DNA of 64,000 nucleotides from Desulfomonilia bacterium (GTDB lineage Bacteria; Desulfobacterota; Desulfomonilia; UBA1062): NCBI GenBank assembly GCA_963664325.2, contig CAXXDQ010000007.1, positions 32,001 to 96,000 of the forward strand, read 5' to 3'. Shown piece by piece: positions 18,801 to 26,660 of this stretch (position 1 is its first letter; each line of letters starts with the position of its first letter). The notes under the pieces were generated by a model. It saw only the letters and a program-made list of their open reading frames with translations, ran no database searches and was not told where the DNA came from. The position numbers and the translations under genes were made by a program.

Positions 18801-19341
18801 ATATGTTGATCCGGATGGGCAATGGGCAAGAAATGTTCATAAAACACTTACAATACAATGGGCACAAGCTGTACACTTCACACCACATGAAGCTTCAATA
18901 ATCGGCAAAGCCTGTATTGGTGTGGATTCAATTTGGAGAGGCAAGAGTTTTATTCCCCTAATCGGGGAACAGAGCTATCATTTCAATACCGGTGGCGGCG
19001 AATGGAATTCTAAAGAGGACACTAGAAGAATACATACTGAAGAGCATTTGCAGAAAGCTATACAACTGGCATCTATGGATTATTATAGAGCACTAAAGGA
19101 GTTGGGAATAGGGCTCCATGCTTTGCAGGATATTTTTGCTCATGATGAGGAAATGGGTTTGCAGAAAGAAATACTAGATGTGTATTATCATGACCAACCT
19201 GTTTTGGATTTAAAAAAGAATCGGGCGGATGATATTACTGATGTTCCAACACAAGGTAAAGAACGACTTATAATGACAGAAAATGCGACAAGTATTTACT
19301 TGAATCGTTTTCTTGATGCTACAAGTATAGGAGGAGAATGA
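15799..19341 (+). CDS. split-Rhs part 3: lipoprotein signal + 3 PKD + beta-propeller + Ig-like domains + Rhs core + Zn-PLC/P1-nuclease-like toxin tip
   Basis: ATGA overlap with part 2 (ORF track starts 15778); lipobox LLG-C; three YxWDFxNDG PKD repeats; YVTN-like propeller (SPNGKKLY); core YTGKERDETGLDYFGARYYD...NNPYKYVDPDG; tip W..NVH...HF...LHALQDIFAH. Confidence 0.9.
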   Translation: MMNISVNFWKTILIGVILIGNNLLLGCKPTVFINASVENGKPPLEVKFDGFKTKDLGNDIIRYEWDFTNDGSIDSTGIETSHIYDIPGKYSARLVVTDSKGNSSEAKKIITVEPYARPQAVIEMSQQRGEAPLEVVFDGSFSTDEDNDIVTYNWDFDNDGEFEIVGSIKPVKIFESPGEYTVRLLVIDAQGLSSETAATVDATVHKEFQAVIKATPDAGESPLRVEFDGSSSTDNGYDPISSYDWDFDNDGIIDVSNSVTTAHTYDKPGKYTAKLIITDSKGNKAEAVQVIRSYGKERGYIPLYMPGDDFPYKHYLAIFDSSSQSLIETIELPVSASGYAAHPSGKKLYFSHWEDTGEELVTFIDIFDTYTRTIIQSINVGSIGSVNSLAVSPNGKKLYIGTHFGLYSLKLSDNSFNVVLSGGAFYKMAFSRDGGTRLYIVHSFPHGSQYITEIDTSNDRFTREHYVSGYIYGIECYNVGASPNFAQFNDFQPYVYLLTHDSFPAPQQNEQTNYITWVETEFAGNYLSNYVKELLPADGYFNYLASNWNGTRLYTAEQSSENTSSILNIIKIDTADRIMENLMLCDIVTKGGFEYLSGFGVPISDTRLFILSQTNIDPEWDEGDPIITCLSTDTLLLDETIVLPYHLDYGVNNFMVYSLNKISGRILSGGIPLAGYPVVISDGKVTKTSYTDEDGYYTFYMPDGSYDLKFLNDDSLCSVDEMPLNVNGQDIDIPDVAELLHLVCSVSDDVIYRGESTTLSWTTRQAESVKITPSLGQDIGSVDVNGSLDVSPLKKTTYSIQARGNGRSLTKELRVSVLYVAKILEFNSDRTTVYEGESVTLNWVIEDAEEIYLNGEEICDSIGSITVTPGQTESSYTIRARGTTGDYIIRTITISVVPQVVYYHYDILGNTIAQTDDQGRVIMKADFLPYGAAEQDLTGRGTPETRLYTGKERDETGLDYFGARYYDSSLGRFLSVDPAGPDPMNPMSWNRYAYCLNNPYKYVDPDGQWARNVHKTLTIQWAQAVHFTPHEASIIGKACIGVDSIWRGKSFIPLIGEQSYHFNTGGGEWNSKEDTRRIHTEEHLQKAIQLASMDYYRALKELGIGLHALQDIFAHDEEMGLQKEILDVYYHDQPVLDLKKNRADDITDVPTQGKERLIMTENATSIYLNRFLDATSIGGE
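18565..18819 (+). repeat. Rhs core repeat, copy 1 (in the main gene)
   Basis: 18646-18776 reads identical to 20110-20240 (131 bp); near-identical to copy 3. Confidence 0.9.
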
Positions 19342-19970
19342 TGCGTCATATCCTGTTCGGTGCAATAGTATTTCTGTTATTGTTGTCAAAAGAGGCATAT
19401 GCATTCATGGATAAAAACTTTCATGTCAGGCCAGTTAATCTAAGAATAATAGATAAAACTTCAGGGGAACCAATAGCAGGGATTCCCATTTACTATGTAT
19501 TACGAACCTGTTGGGCTGACCGTGTGTTATTAATATTTCCGAACCCCGAAGGGACGAGCACCAGAAATTATATAGCAATTGAAAAGAAATCATCTGATTC
19601 ATATGGTGAGGTATATTTTCAGGGTCGTGATGTAAAATTGAGCCGCTGGAAGTCTGAAGAGATGTATGACGAAGAGATTTTTATAAACCTTGATGTAAAA
19701 ACACCAATTAGCGATGATATGGAAGACAGAATGACTATTTTAGAAGCTGTATTCTTAGGAAGTAAATATTATTATAACCCTGTTAGTAAGTACAAAGGAT
19801 TTTTTATCCGTAGCTCCACCTGGGAACTGGATCCAGAAAAGAAGGGTAAAACAAAATATGAGATTTATGATGCCTTATGGAACGGCAAGGGCCTTCTCAA
19901 AAAAGAACCAGAGACATTTGTAGTGGAGCTGGAACGATGGGACTCGCAGGAAAATAATCCATACAAATGA
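19338..19970 (+). CDS. putative exported immunity protein, paralog 1
   Basis: Overlaps the toxin stop; signal peptide (EAYA); IIDKTSGEPIAGIPIYY, PNPEG and DALWNGKGLLKK shared with two paralogs. Confidence 0.75.
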   Translation: MMRHILFGAIVFLLLLSKEAYAFMDKNFHVRPVNLRIIDKTSGEPIAGIPIYYVLRTCWADRVLLIFPNPEGTSTRNYIAIEKKSSDSYGEVYFQGRDVKLSRWKSEEMYDEEIFINLDVKTPISDDMEDRMTILEAVFLGSKYYYNPVSKYKGFFIRSSTWELDPEKKGKTKYEIYDALWNGKGLLKKEPETFVVELERWDSQENNPYK

Positions 19971-20028
19971 CCTGTAACAGTTCCGATTATTGTCAGAGGG
20001 ATAGTAAAGCGCAATATATCAGGCTATT

Positions 20029-20793
20029 ATGAAAGTGGACTTTTTTCCCTATGGTATAGCCCAGCAGAACCTGACCGGCAGCGGGACACCGGAATCATGC
20101 CTTTATACCGGCAAGGAGCGTGACGAGACCGGACTGGATTATTTCGGGGCCCGTTATTATGACTCGAGCCTGGGCCGCTTCCTGAGCGTCGACCCGGCAG
20201 GGCCCGACCCCATGAATCCGATGTCATGGAACAGGTATGCCTATTGCCTCAATAACCCGTACAAGTACGTAGATCCTGATGGGAGATGGGGGAAGAATGT
20301 TCATTATGATGAAACGTTAAGACGGGCTCAAGCCCTCTTCACAAAGGATGACGCAAAGGTCATAGCTAATGCCTGCAATGGCACTGATAGCATCTGGGGT
20401 GGAATAAGTTACATGCCTCTTATCGGAAAGCAAGGCTTTCATTTTAATACTGGAAATGGAAACTGGAATAGTCCTGATGACACAAGGAAAGCTAATGCAG
20501 AAAAGCAACTTCAGAAGGCAATTGGAATGGCCTTTAACGGATTCTATAATGATGCGCTTAAAGAACTCGGAATCGGTTTGCATGCACTCCAAGATATTTT
20601 TGCCCATAACGAGGAATTCCAAGAGGATAATGGGATCTTCTTCTATCATGACCAACTGCTACTAAATTTGAAACCGAATCTAGCTGATGACATAAAAACT
20701 CAACCCAAACGGCTTGATGATACAAAGGAGGAAACGGATAGATACTTTGATAGATTTAACAAGGCAATAGCTTCGCGGGGATCACTTGGATGA
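20029..20793 (+). CDS. orphan Rhs core + Zn-PLC/P1-nuclease-like toxin tip 2
   Basis: Starts inside the core (MKVDFFPYG); DPDGR-WGKNVH...HF...LHALQDIFAH; homologous to tip 1. Confidence 0.85.
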   Translation: MKVDFFPYGIAQQNLTGSGTPESCLYTGKERDETGLDYFGARYYDSSLGRFLSVDPAGPDPMNPMSWNRYAYCLNNPYKYVDPDGRWGKNVHYDETLRRAQALFTKDDAKVIANACNGTDSIWGGISYMPLIGKQGFHFNTGNGNWNSPDDTRKANAEKQLQKAIGMAFNGFYNDALKELGIGLHALQDIFAHNEEFQEDNGIFFYHDQLLLNLKPNLADDIKTQPKRLDDTKEETDRYFDRFNKAIASRGSLG

Positions 20794-21440
20794 AGCTGAA
20801 ATACATATTCCTCATAATTATTATACTGATAGTTTGTGACAGGACAGTGTTTGCTTTCGGAACCGAAGCATTCATTGTCAGATCGGTCACGGTAAAAGTT
20901 ATCGATAAGATCACCGGAAAACCACTTGAAGGGGTACCAGTGTACTATGTATTAAAGTCATATTGGGATAACAGAGTTTTCTTTATCTTGCCGAACCCGG
21001 AAGGGACTCATACCAGAAGCTATCTAGCAATGGAAGAATATGTTACTGATGCAAAAGGTGAGGTAATAATCAAGGGACGTCAGGTAAAATTGCATAAATG
21101 TAAAGGTGAAGAGTTAGAAGAAGAGCAAATTTTTATCAATCTTGAAAATCGTATGCCATTGCCTGGTGATGAGCCTAAAGAGCATAAATATATACTGTTG
21201 GAGAGCTCAGTTATCTATGGGAAAAGAGATCATTATAATCCAATTGTTAATTACAAAGGATTCTTCATCTGCAGTACTACCTGGGCAATGGACCCGAAAG
21301 ACTATGGAGGCAACAAGGGGGAAATTGCGAACGCATTGTGGAATGGAAAAGGTTTATTGAAAAAGGAACCGGAGACATTTCTAATTGAGCTTGAAAGATG
21401 GGAACCCACGGAAACCAAGAAAACGGAACCTGTCAAATAG
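20790..21440 (+). CDS. putative exported immunity protein, paralog 2
   Basis: ATGA overlap with the orphan tip; signal peptide (TVFA); same motifs as 19338-19970. Confidence 0.75.
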   Translation: MKLKYIFLIIIILIVCDRTVFAFGTEAFIVRSVTVKVIDKITGKPLEGVPVYYVLKSYWDNRVFFILPNPEGTHTRSYLAMEEYVTDAKGEVIIKGRQVKLHKCKGEELEEEQIFINLENRMPLPGDEPKEHKYILLESSVIYGKRDHYNPIVNYKGFFICSTTWAMDPKDYGGNKGEIANALWNGKGLLKKEPETFLIELERWEPTETKKTEPVK

Positions 21441-21575
21441 ATTATAAGGATTGAAGACTACCAGGGAGACTCCCAGCTAGAGACTGCCAAGGGACGTTGA
21501 TGATTAAATGACAATAAGCTTATTGACGTATATTCATCAGCGTCCCTTCTGGGTTCATTTTAAGGAGGTTCGTTG

Positions 21576-22238
21576 ATGCAATTTTCAATTAGCGAAAGGA
21601 TTGGAACTATTTTGAGAAGCGCTTTTATTATGATCCCTTTGGTCATTGTTTGTTATGGGACCCTGGATGCGTGCTGTAACGAAACTGTTGAAATCAGATC
21701 CGTAAAGATAAGGATCATGGATAAATCCACTGGATTGCCGCTGGAAGGCATACCTGTCTATTATGCATTGCAGACATATTGGCCGGAAAGGTTGTTCTAC
21801 ATCTTGAAAAATCCGGAAGGGAATAATGTAACGGTTTATAAGGCGATGGAGGAATACATCTCAGACTCTCAAGGAGAGGTAATGATCCCATCAAGGAAGA
21901 TTGCACTAAACAGATGGAAATCTGAGAAGATCTATGACGAAAATATCTATATAAATGTTGAAAATCGTCTTCAATTTTCAAAAAAAGAATATAATATCGA
22001 AAGTCTCGCATCTGTTCTGCTTTATGGAAAAAAGTATTTTGTAAATCCCATTCCTGAATATAAGGGATATAAAATCCGAAGTACAACTTATGAAATGAAT
22101 CCCAAGGATTATGGAGGCACGAAGTTTGAGATCGCCGATGCTCTATGGAACGGCTATGGCCTTCTTAAAAAAAGGCAAGAGACTTTTGTTGTTGAGCTGG
22201 AAAGATGGGACTCGCAAGAAAATACTTCACACAAATGA
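21576..22238 (+). CDS. putative exported immunity protein, paralog 3 (no cognate tip directly upstream)
   Basis: AGGAGG RBS; N-terminal hydrophobic segment; KNPEG and DALWNGYGLLKK motifs. Confidence 0.72.
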   Translation: MQFSISERIGTILRSAFIMIPLVIVCYGTLDACCNETVEIRSVKIRIMDKSTGLPLEGIPVYYALQTYWPERLFYILKNPEGNNVTVYKAMEEYISDSQGEVMIPSRKIALNRWKSEKIYDENIYINVENRLQFSKKEYNIESLASVLLYGKKYFVNPIPEYKGYKIRSTTYEMNPKDYGGTKFEIADALWNGYGLLKKRQETFVVELERWDSQENTSHK

Positions 22239-22296
22239 CCTATAGCAGTTCCGATTATTGCCTGAGGGATAGTAAAGCGCAATATATCCGGCTATT

Positions 22297-23097
22297 ATGA
22301 AAGTGGACTTTTTGGCTTAGGGTATAGCCGAGCAGAACCTGACTGGTGGCGGGACTCCTGAAACCCGCCTCTACACAGGCAAGGAATGTGACGAGACCGG
22401 ACTGGATTATTTCGGGGCCCGTTATTATGACTCGAGCTTGGGCCGCTTCCTGCGTGTCGATCCCGCAGGACCTGACCCTATGAATCCGATGTCATGGAAC
22501 AGGTATGCTTACTGCCTGAATAACCCGTACAAGTACGTCGATCCGGATGAAACTTTCTCAGAAGGTATTCAGGAGGAAGGAAGATTTTTATCATATGATG
22601 AAATAAACTCAAAAGGTATCACGTCTGGATTGGGTCACATGAATTTTCCAAATATTGCAAAAGATGGAACCGTATTTGATTTCTATACATTAGATAGGGA
22701 GATTTTTTCTCATCCACGGTTTCTAACGGGAAACAGGTTGCATTTCTTTAATCATTCAGAAGGACTAAGGGAGATGCTTACATATGAAGCGGCATCTCAT
22801 AACAAGCAATTTTTTGAATATTATATGCATATGTGGCAAGATTATTATGTACATTATGCCAATGGATACAGATGGTATACCTATGGGCTTGGACATGCAC
22901 GCGATTCAATTTTTTTCATATTGGGTTTAGGTGCCAACCCTGATGATGATTATGATGCATGGACAATAGCTGCTAAAGAAACAACAAAATTTATTAATAT
23001 TTGGAATAAATCTTCAGAAGACAGAAAAAGTCTTGCCGAGCAGAATAATTATCTTAAGGAGTTTGATAAAAAAATTGGTTCAATACTTAATAAATAG
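22297..23097 (+). pseudogene. orphan Rhs core + divergent toxin tip 3, with an in-frame TAG near the start
   Basis: ATG 22297 is homologous to ATG 20029; TAG at 22318-22320 replaces a Tyr codon; same frame continues through the core (DPDE instead of DPDG) into a tip with HF...HMWQDYYVH. Confidence 0.8.
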
Positions 23098-23136
23098 GAT
23101 TTTTTAGTTTCTCATTATTAATATAAGGGAGGAGTT

Positions 23137-24186
23137 GTGAGTAATCTAATAAGGAATTTGTGGTTATTAATTGCCGGCATTGGATTGCTATTTATTAATG
23201 GGTGCGCTCTTTATCCAAGAGGTATCGGAATATATGAGGTACCATCTTTTGAGAAGAAATTCGTTAAATCAAATAGTTTCTATGATTATATTGTTAGTAT
23301 CAATGAGAAGGAAAAGACCTTTTATACCCTTCAGCCGGATATAAATGGTGTGATACTGTCTTTAATATCATTTGATGGTGAGATCAAATCAAAGGAAATC
23401 ATCAATCTTTCTTTTCCGAGTTATAGAATAAAGACTAGTTTTGCATTATCAGAAAATGGGGAAAGAATTGCTTATTATGATTCAAAAACAAAAAATTTAT
23501 ACCTCCATGACATAAGATCATCAGAGAAAAAAACACTTTTAGAAAAAGATTCTTTTAATGGAGAATCGTTAGAAAAAATAACATTTTTAAATCATGATAA
23601 ATTATTAATAATAATGTTGGATTACCAAACAAACGAAGGAAGTTTGGTATTCTTGAATGTGACAAATAGTAAAGTTGTTACTTCGAGGTCTTTTATAAAT
23701 GGGGCACTACCCAAACTTCCTTCAGACTTCAAATTGTCATCAAACAAAGAACTACTGGCTTTCATGGATTGGAATGATTACGATGGCAAATTTTGTTCCA
23801 GAATATCAGTATATAATTTAATTTTATTTGATGAATTATTATATATTCAATCTGATTTTTGGGGTTCATATTCTTTCAGTCCAGATGAAAAAACATTGGG
23901 ATTTATAAAGGATAACTGTATTACTTTATATTCATTTGATACTAAGCAAATAACTAAGTTTAAACAATTGCCCAAGGGATCTTCCTGTTATCATATGGAT
24001 TTTTTAGATAACAATACAATTGTTTACTTAACTCAAAAGCTTGGTGGTGGACTTTCATCAACACAAAATATTATCACATTAAATATTCAGACTGGAAAGG
24101 AGATGAAATCTCCTACAATTCCAATAAACGGTGACATCTATGTTGTTGATGGAGGCAAAAAGATATTATGCGAAGAGGGATATTGA
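23137..24186 (+). CDS. beta-propeller lipoprotein, putative immunity for tip 3
   Basis: GGAGG + GTG start; lipobox ING-C; LSENGERIAY and FSPDEKTLGF propeller blades; very AT-rich; directly downstream of the tip. Confidence 0.7.
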   Translation: MSNLIRNLWLLIAGIGLLFINGCALYPRGIGIYEVPSFEKKFVKSNSFYDYIVSINEKEKTFYTLQPDINGVILSLISFDGEIKSKEIINLSFPSYRIKTSFALSENGERIAYYDSKTKNLYLHDIRSSEKKTLLEKDSFNGESLEKITFLNHDKLLIIMLDYQTNEGSLVFLNVTNSKVVTSRSFINGALPKLPSDFKLSSNKELLAFMDWNDYDGKFCSRISVYNLILFDELLYIQSDFWGSYSFSPDEKTLGFIKDNCITLYSFDTKQITKFKQLPKGSSCYHMDFLDNNTIVYLTQKLGGGLSSTQNIITLNIQTGKEMKSPTIPINGDIYVVDGGKKILCEEGY

Positions 24187-24262
24187 ATGATGATGCTTGT
24201 GAATTGGAACTGACAGGGACCTTTTAATGTGTGACACCACTGGGTATAATAGGATGCAATAT

Positions 24263-24985
24263 ATGAAAAATAAAATCAAGATCTTGACGCTTATAATGCT
24301 AGTTTCGGTGTATAATTGCTGCCTTGGTACCAGTAATGCTGCCAATGTTAAAACAAAAGCTGATACACACAAGAGCTTGATACAATACCATGAGGATAGC
24401 AATAAAAAACCTTTTTATGTTATCTCACAAGATCTAGTTCCGGACGTTAGTTGGCGTAAACGCCTTGGGAGAGCGTTAGTCACCATTTATATTGGAAAAG
24501 GGTATTGGAATGAAGGAGTGGGAACCTTTAAAGAAGCAGGGAGTTTTGGGATAAAAGTATTAATTGCCGCAGCAACAGGTGAAATGGATAATGATGACGG
24601 TACAGCTGCATTCGTTTTGCGACAAATAGGAGTTAAAGGATGTGAAGCAATGATTCAATCGTTGAAAACAGCAATGGCAAGAAATAAGCAACCCGATGTA
24701 TTTTTTATCCAAGAGTTGGGTAATTCAGGCTATAAAAACGCAACAGATGTGCTTTCTCAAGTTTTAAATTATTTTGGGAGTTGGCCAGAGGATAAAGTAC
24801 AAGCCGCAGTTGCATTAGCAAAACTTGGTGATTATAGTGGATCTGGAGTATTAAATAAAATGTATCATACAGAAACAGATGCTGAGTTAAAGAAGTTAAC
24901 AAACGACGGCATAAAGACAATTGAAGAATTGAGATCAAAAGACAAAAGGATCGGTGCAACCTCAAGGGCAGCCATGAAACAATGA
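24263..24985 (+). CDS. exported HEAT-repeat protein (possible orphan immunity)
   Basis: Signal-like N-terminus (ORF track starts at 24227); HEAT/PBS-type repeats AAFVLRQIG, ELGNSG, AAVALAKLGD. Confidence 0.6.
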   Translation: MKNKIKILTLIMLVSVYNCCLGTSNAANVKTKADTHKSLIQYHEDSNKKPFYVISQDLVPDVSWRKRLGRALVTIYIGKGYWNEGVGTFKEAGSFGIKVLIAAATGEMDNDDGTAAFVLRQIGVKGCEAMIQSLKTAMARNKQPDVFFIQELGNSGYKNATDVLSQVLNYFGSWPEDKVQAAVALAKLGDYSGSGVLNKMYHTETDAELKKLTNDGIKTIEELRSKDKRIGATSRAAMKQ

Positions 24986-25070
24986 CATTTGCTCCGATCA
25001 AAACATCCTGTTTTCAGAGAGCCCCCTGGGCGGATGTTGAGTCCTACCGGGGCCTCCGACGGCGCTTGAC

Positions 25071-25212
25071 CAAAAGGTGTCAGTCCTTTAACCTTGATAA
25101 ATTGAGCAAATGTCTCATTATGGCTGCACATGCAAGCAGAACGGTCAGCCTCTTCTGATAATGGAAAAACTTACTCTCTTGACAGCACCCTTTTAATGGA
25201 TGACACCTTTTG
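25071..25212. repeat. MITE/REP-like element with terminal inverted repeats at the island's right edge
   Basis: CAAAAGGTGTCA(g)TCCTTTAA at 25071 and TTAATGGA-TGACACCTTTTG ending at 25212. Confidence 0.55.
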
Positions 25213-25234
25213 CTCTCAGATCCCCGCCGCTGCC

Positions 25235-26638
25235 TCAAAGCTCCTTTTGCAACTTGGTCAAAATGAATGAGCCAATCTCAAACAGGTAGTACCCGTTGAA
25301 GATTTTTATGATGGTGGCGGCCAGAACCGAAAAAAGCAGGTTTCCAAAAAAAACGGGCCTTAACATAGGATTGGGTATACCCAGCAATAAGCCAAAGGGA
25401 ATCAGGTTGTCCGAGGATGTGGTGAAGCATCGCCGGATTTCCATTTTCCGTCCGACGTTTTTGAGCGTTGCCTCCGTGCACGTGCCGAGAACCAACGCCG
25501 ATGCCCCCTCACAGTCGATCGGCTGAACATGCTTGCCCACGATCACTTTCAGCGGTCTGCATTTCGACATCGCCTCTTTGTTATGCCTATGGAACATCGC
25601 CAACGACATCTTGACGCCCATCGCGCAACCACTGGGGCAGTGGACCACGCGTCCGGTTTTCGCCTCGATGATCGCCGGCCCCAGATGAAAGCGAATCGGC
25701 GCGCCAATGGCCTTGGCCGTCTCGTTCACATCCTGCCACTCGTTCCAGGCGTAATCATCCGGTTTCAGACGAGAGCGCAAGGCGTCCAGCTCCGCCACCG
25801 AAGTAACGTCGCCAATCAGGTCGATGTCGTCCAGGCCGGAGGGATGGAATCCTCGATTAATGGCCGCTGCAAGGTAGTCTATGTCGGAAGGTGAGAAGCC
25901 GTAAAGACGTGCTCCCACTATGTCCATGGCCAGCGGGTTGGTCCCCATGATTAGCAATCCCAGGTTCCGTTGGTGGGGAGCACCCTCCAGACCCACACCG
26001 GCGTCAATGGCATCCATAACGATAAAGTCGGGGTAACCGACGTTCAATAGATCGACGATCTTCTCTGGGAGTCGATAGTCGTGCCCGATTGCTCTTTCGT
26101 CGTCTGAAAGGATGCCGATGTTGAGTTTTGTTGCACCGGTCACCTGGCAGGAGCCATGGCGTTTCAGCTTGGCAAGATAGATGCGAAAATCCGAACCGGC
26201 CATACGGCGGGAAAGCCTCAGCGTGGAATGAACAATCCCGCCAACGTGGACTGTTTTGCGAGGATCCTCGTCCAGAGCGAAGATATTCAGGTTTTTCAAC
26301 CCCTGTGCTCGAAGCGAGCGGACCATCTTTGTGTAACCGCTGTATTTGTACATTAAGCGCGTCGGTGCGCCGATCGCGGTCTTTTCGCCGATGTCCACCC
26401 GGCTCACGCCTGGTGTATCGTGAAGATTGCGCACTGCCGCCTCCACCACCGATTTGGAAGTATACATTGTCGTTCCGTAACTGTCTTCATCGTGATGGGC
26501 AAAAACGATGTTCGGTTTGACAAAAACCCGCCCTTTTGGTTTTGCACCGAAGGTTTCCATACCTTCGGCGATCAATGCCTGGATTGTCCCCACGTCGTAC
26601 CGGTCGCATCGCTTTATAAGGACCTGTTCTTTCTTCAT
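25235..26638 (-). CDS. DUF362 domain Fe-S-associated protein
   Basis: VFVKPN, KLKRH, GATKLNIG, MDAI..G.EG.P and NPLAMD motifs; C-terminal CPSGC. Confidence 0.8.
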   Translation of the reverse strand: MKKEQVLIKRCDRYDVGTIQALIAEGMETFGAKPKGRVFVKPNIVFAHHDEDSYGTTMYTSKSVVEAAVRNLHDTPGVSRVDIGEKTAIGAPTRLMYKYSGYTKMVRSLRAQGLKNLNIFALDEDPRKTVHVGGIVHSTLRLSRRMAGSDFRIYLAKLKRHGSCQVTGATKLNIGILSDDERAIGHDYRLPEKIVDLLNVGYPDFIVMDAIDAGVGLEGAPHQRNLGLLIMGTNPLAMDIVGARLYGFSPSDIDYLAAAINRGFHPSGLDDIDLIGDVTSVAELDALRSRLKPDDYAWNEWQDVNETAKAIGAPIRFHLGPAIIEAKTGRVVHCPSGCAMGVKMSLAMFHRHNKEAMSKCRPLKVIVGKHVQPIDCEGASALVLGTCTEATLKNVGRKMEIRRCFTTSSDNLIPFGLLLGIPNPMLRPVFFGNLLFSVLAATIIKIFNGYYLFEIGSFILTKLQKEL

Positions 26639-26660
26639 TCAACCCCCTTACATCATAGAA

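Larger units (their letters stand above)
10750..25212. other. AT-rich polymorphic-toxin (Rhs) island
   Basis: Visible drop in GC relative to the flanks; all genes on the + strand between minus-strand metabolic genes; Rhs, toxin and immunity content; no integrase seen. Confidence 0.75.

Noticed and set aside
11101-19341. The three Rhs ORFs as one gene broken by frameshifts or nonsense mutations
   Set aside because: Each ORF has its own RBS and signal peptide, and hundreds of codons of intact non-Rhs domains lie between the Rhs segments.
18565-22550. Core repeats as a diversity-generating retroelement TR/VR pair
   Set aside because: No reverse transcriptase in the window, the differences are not adenine-specific, and the repeats coincide with the conserved Rhs core.
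11101-24985. T6SS, Tc or CDI delivery system
   Set aside because: No PAAR, VgrG, Hcp, EagR, TcA or CdiB-like genes or domains seen; the proteins carry Sec or lipoprotein signals instead.
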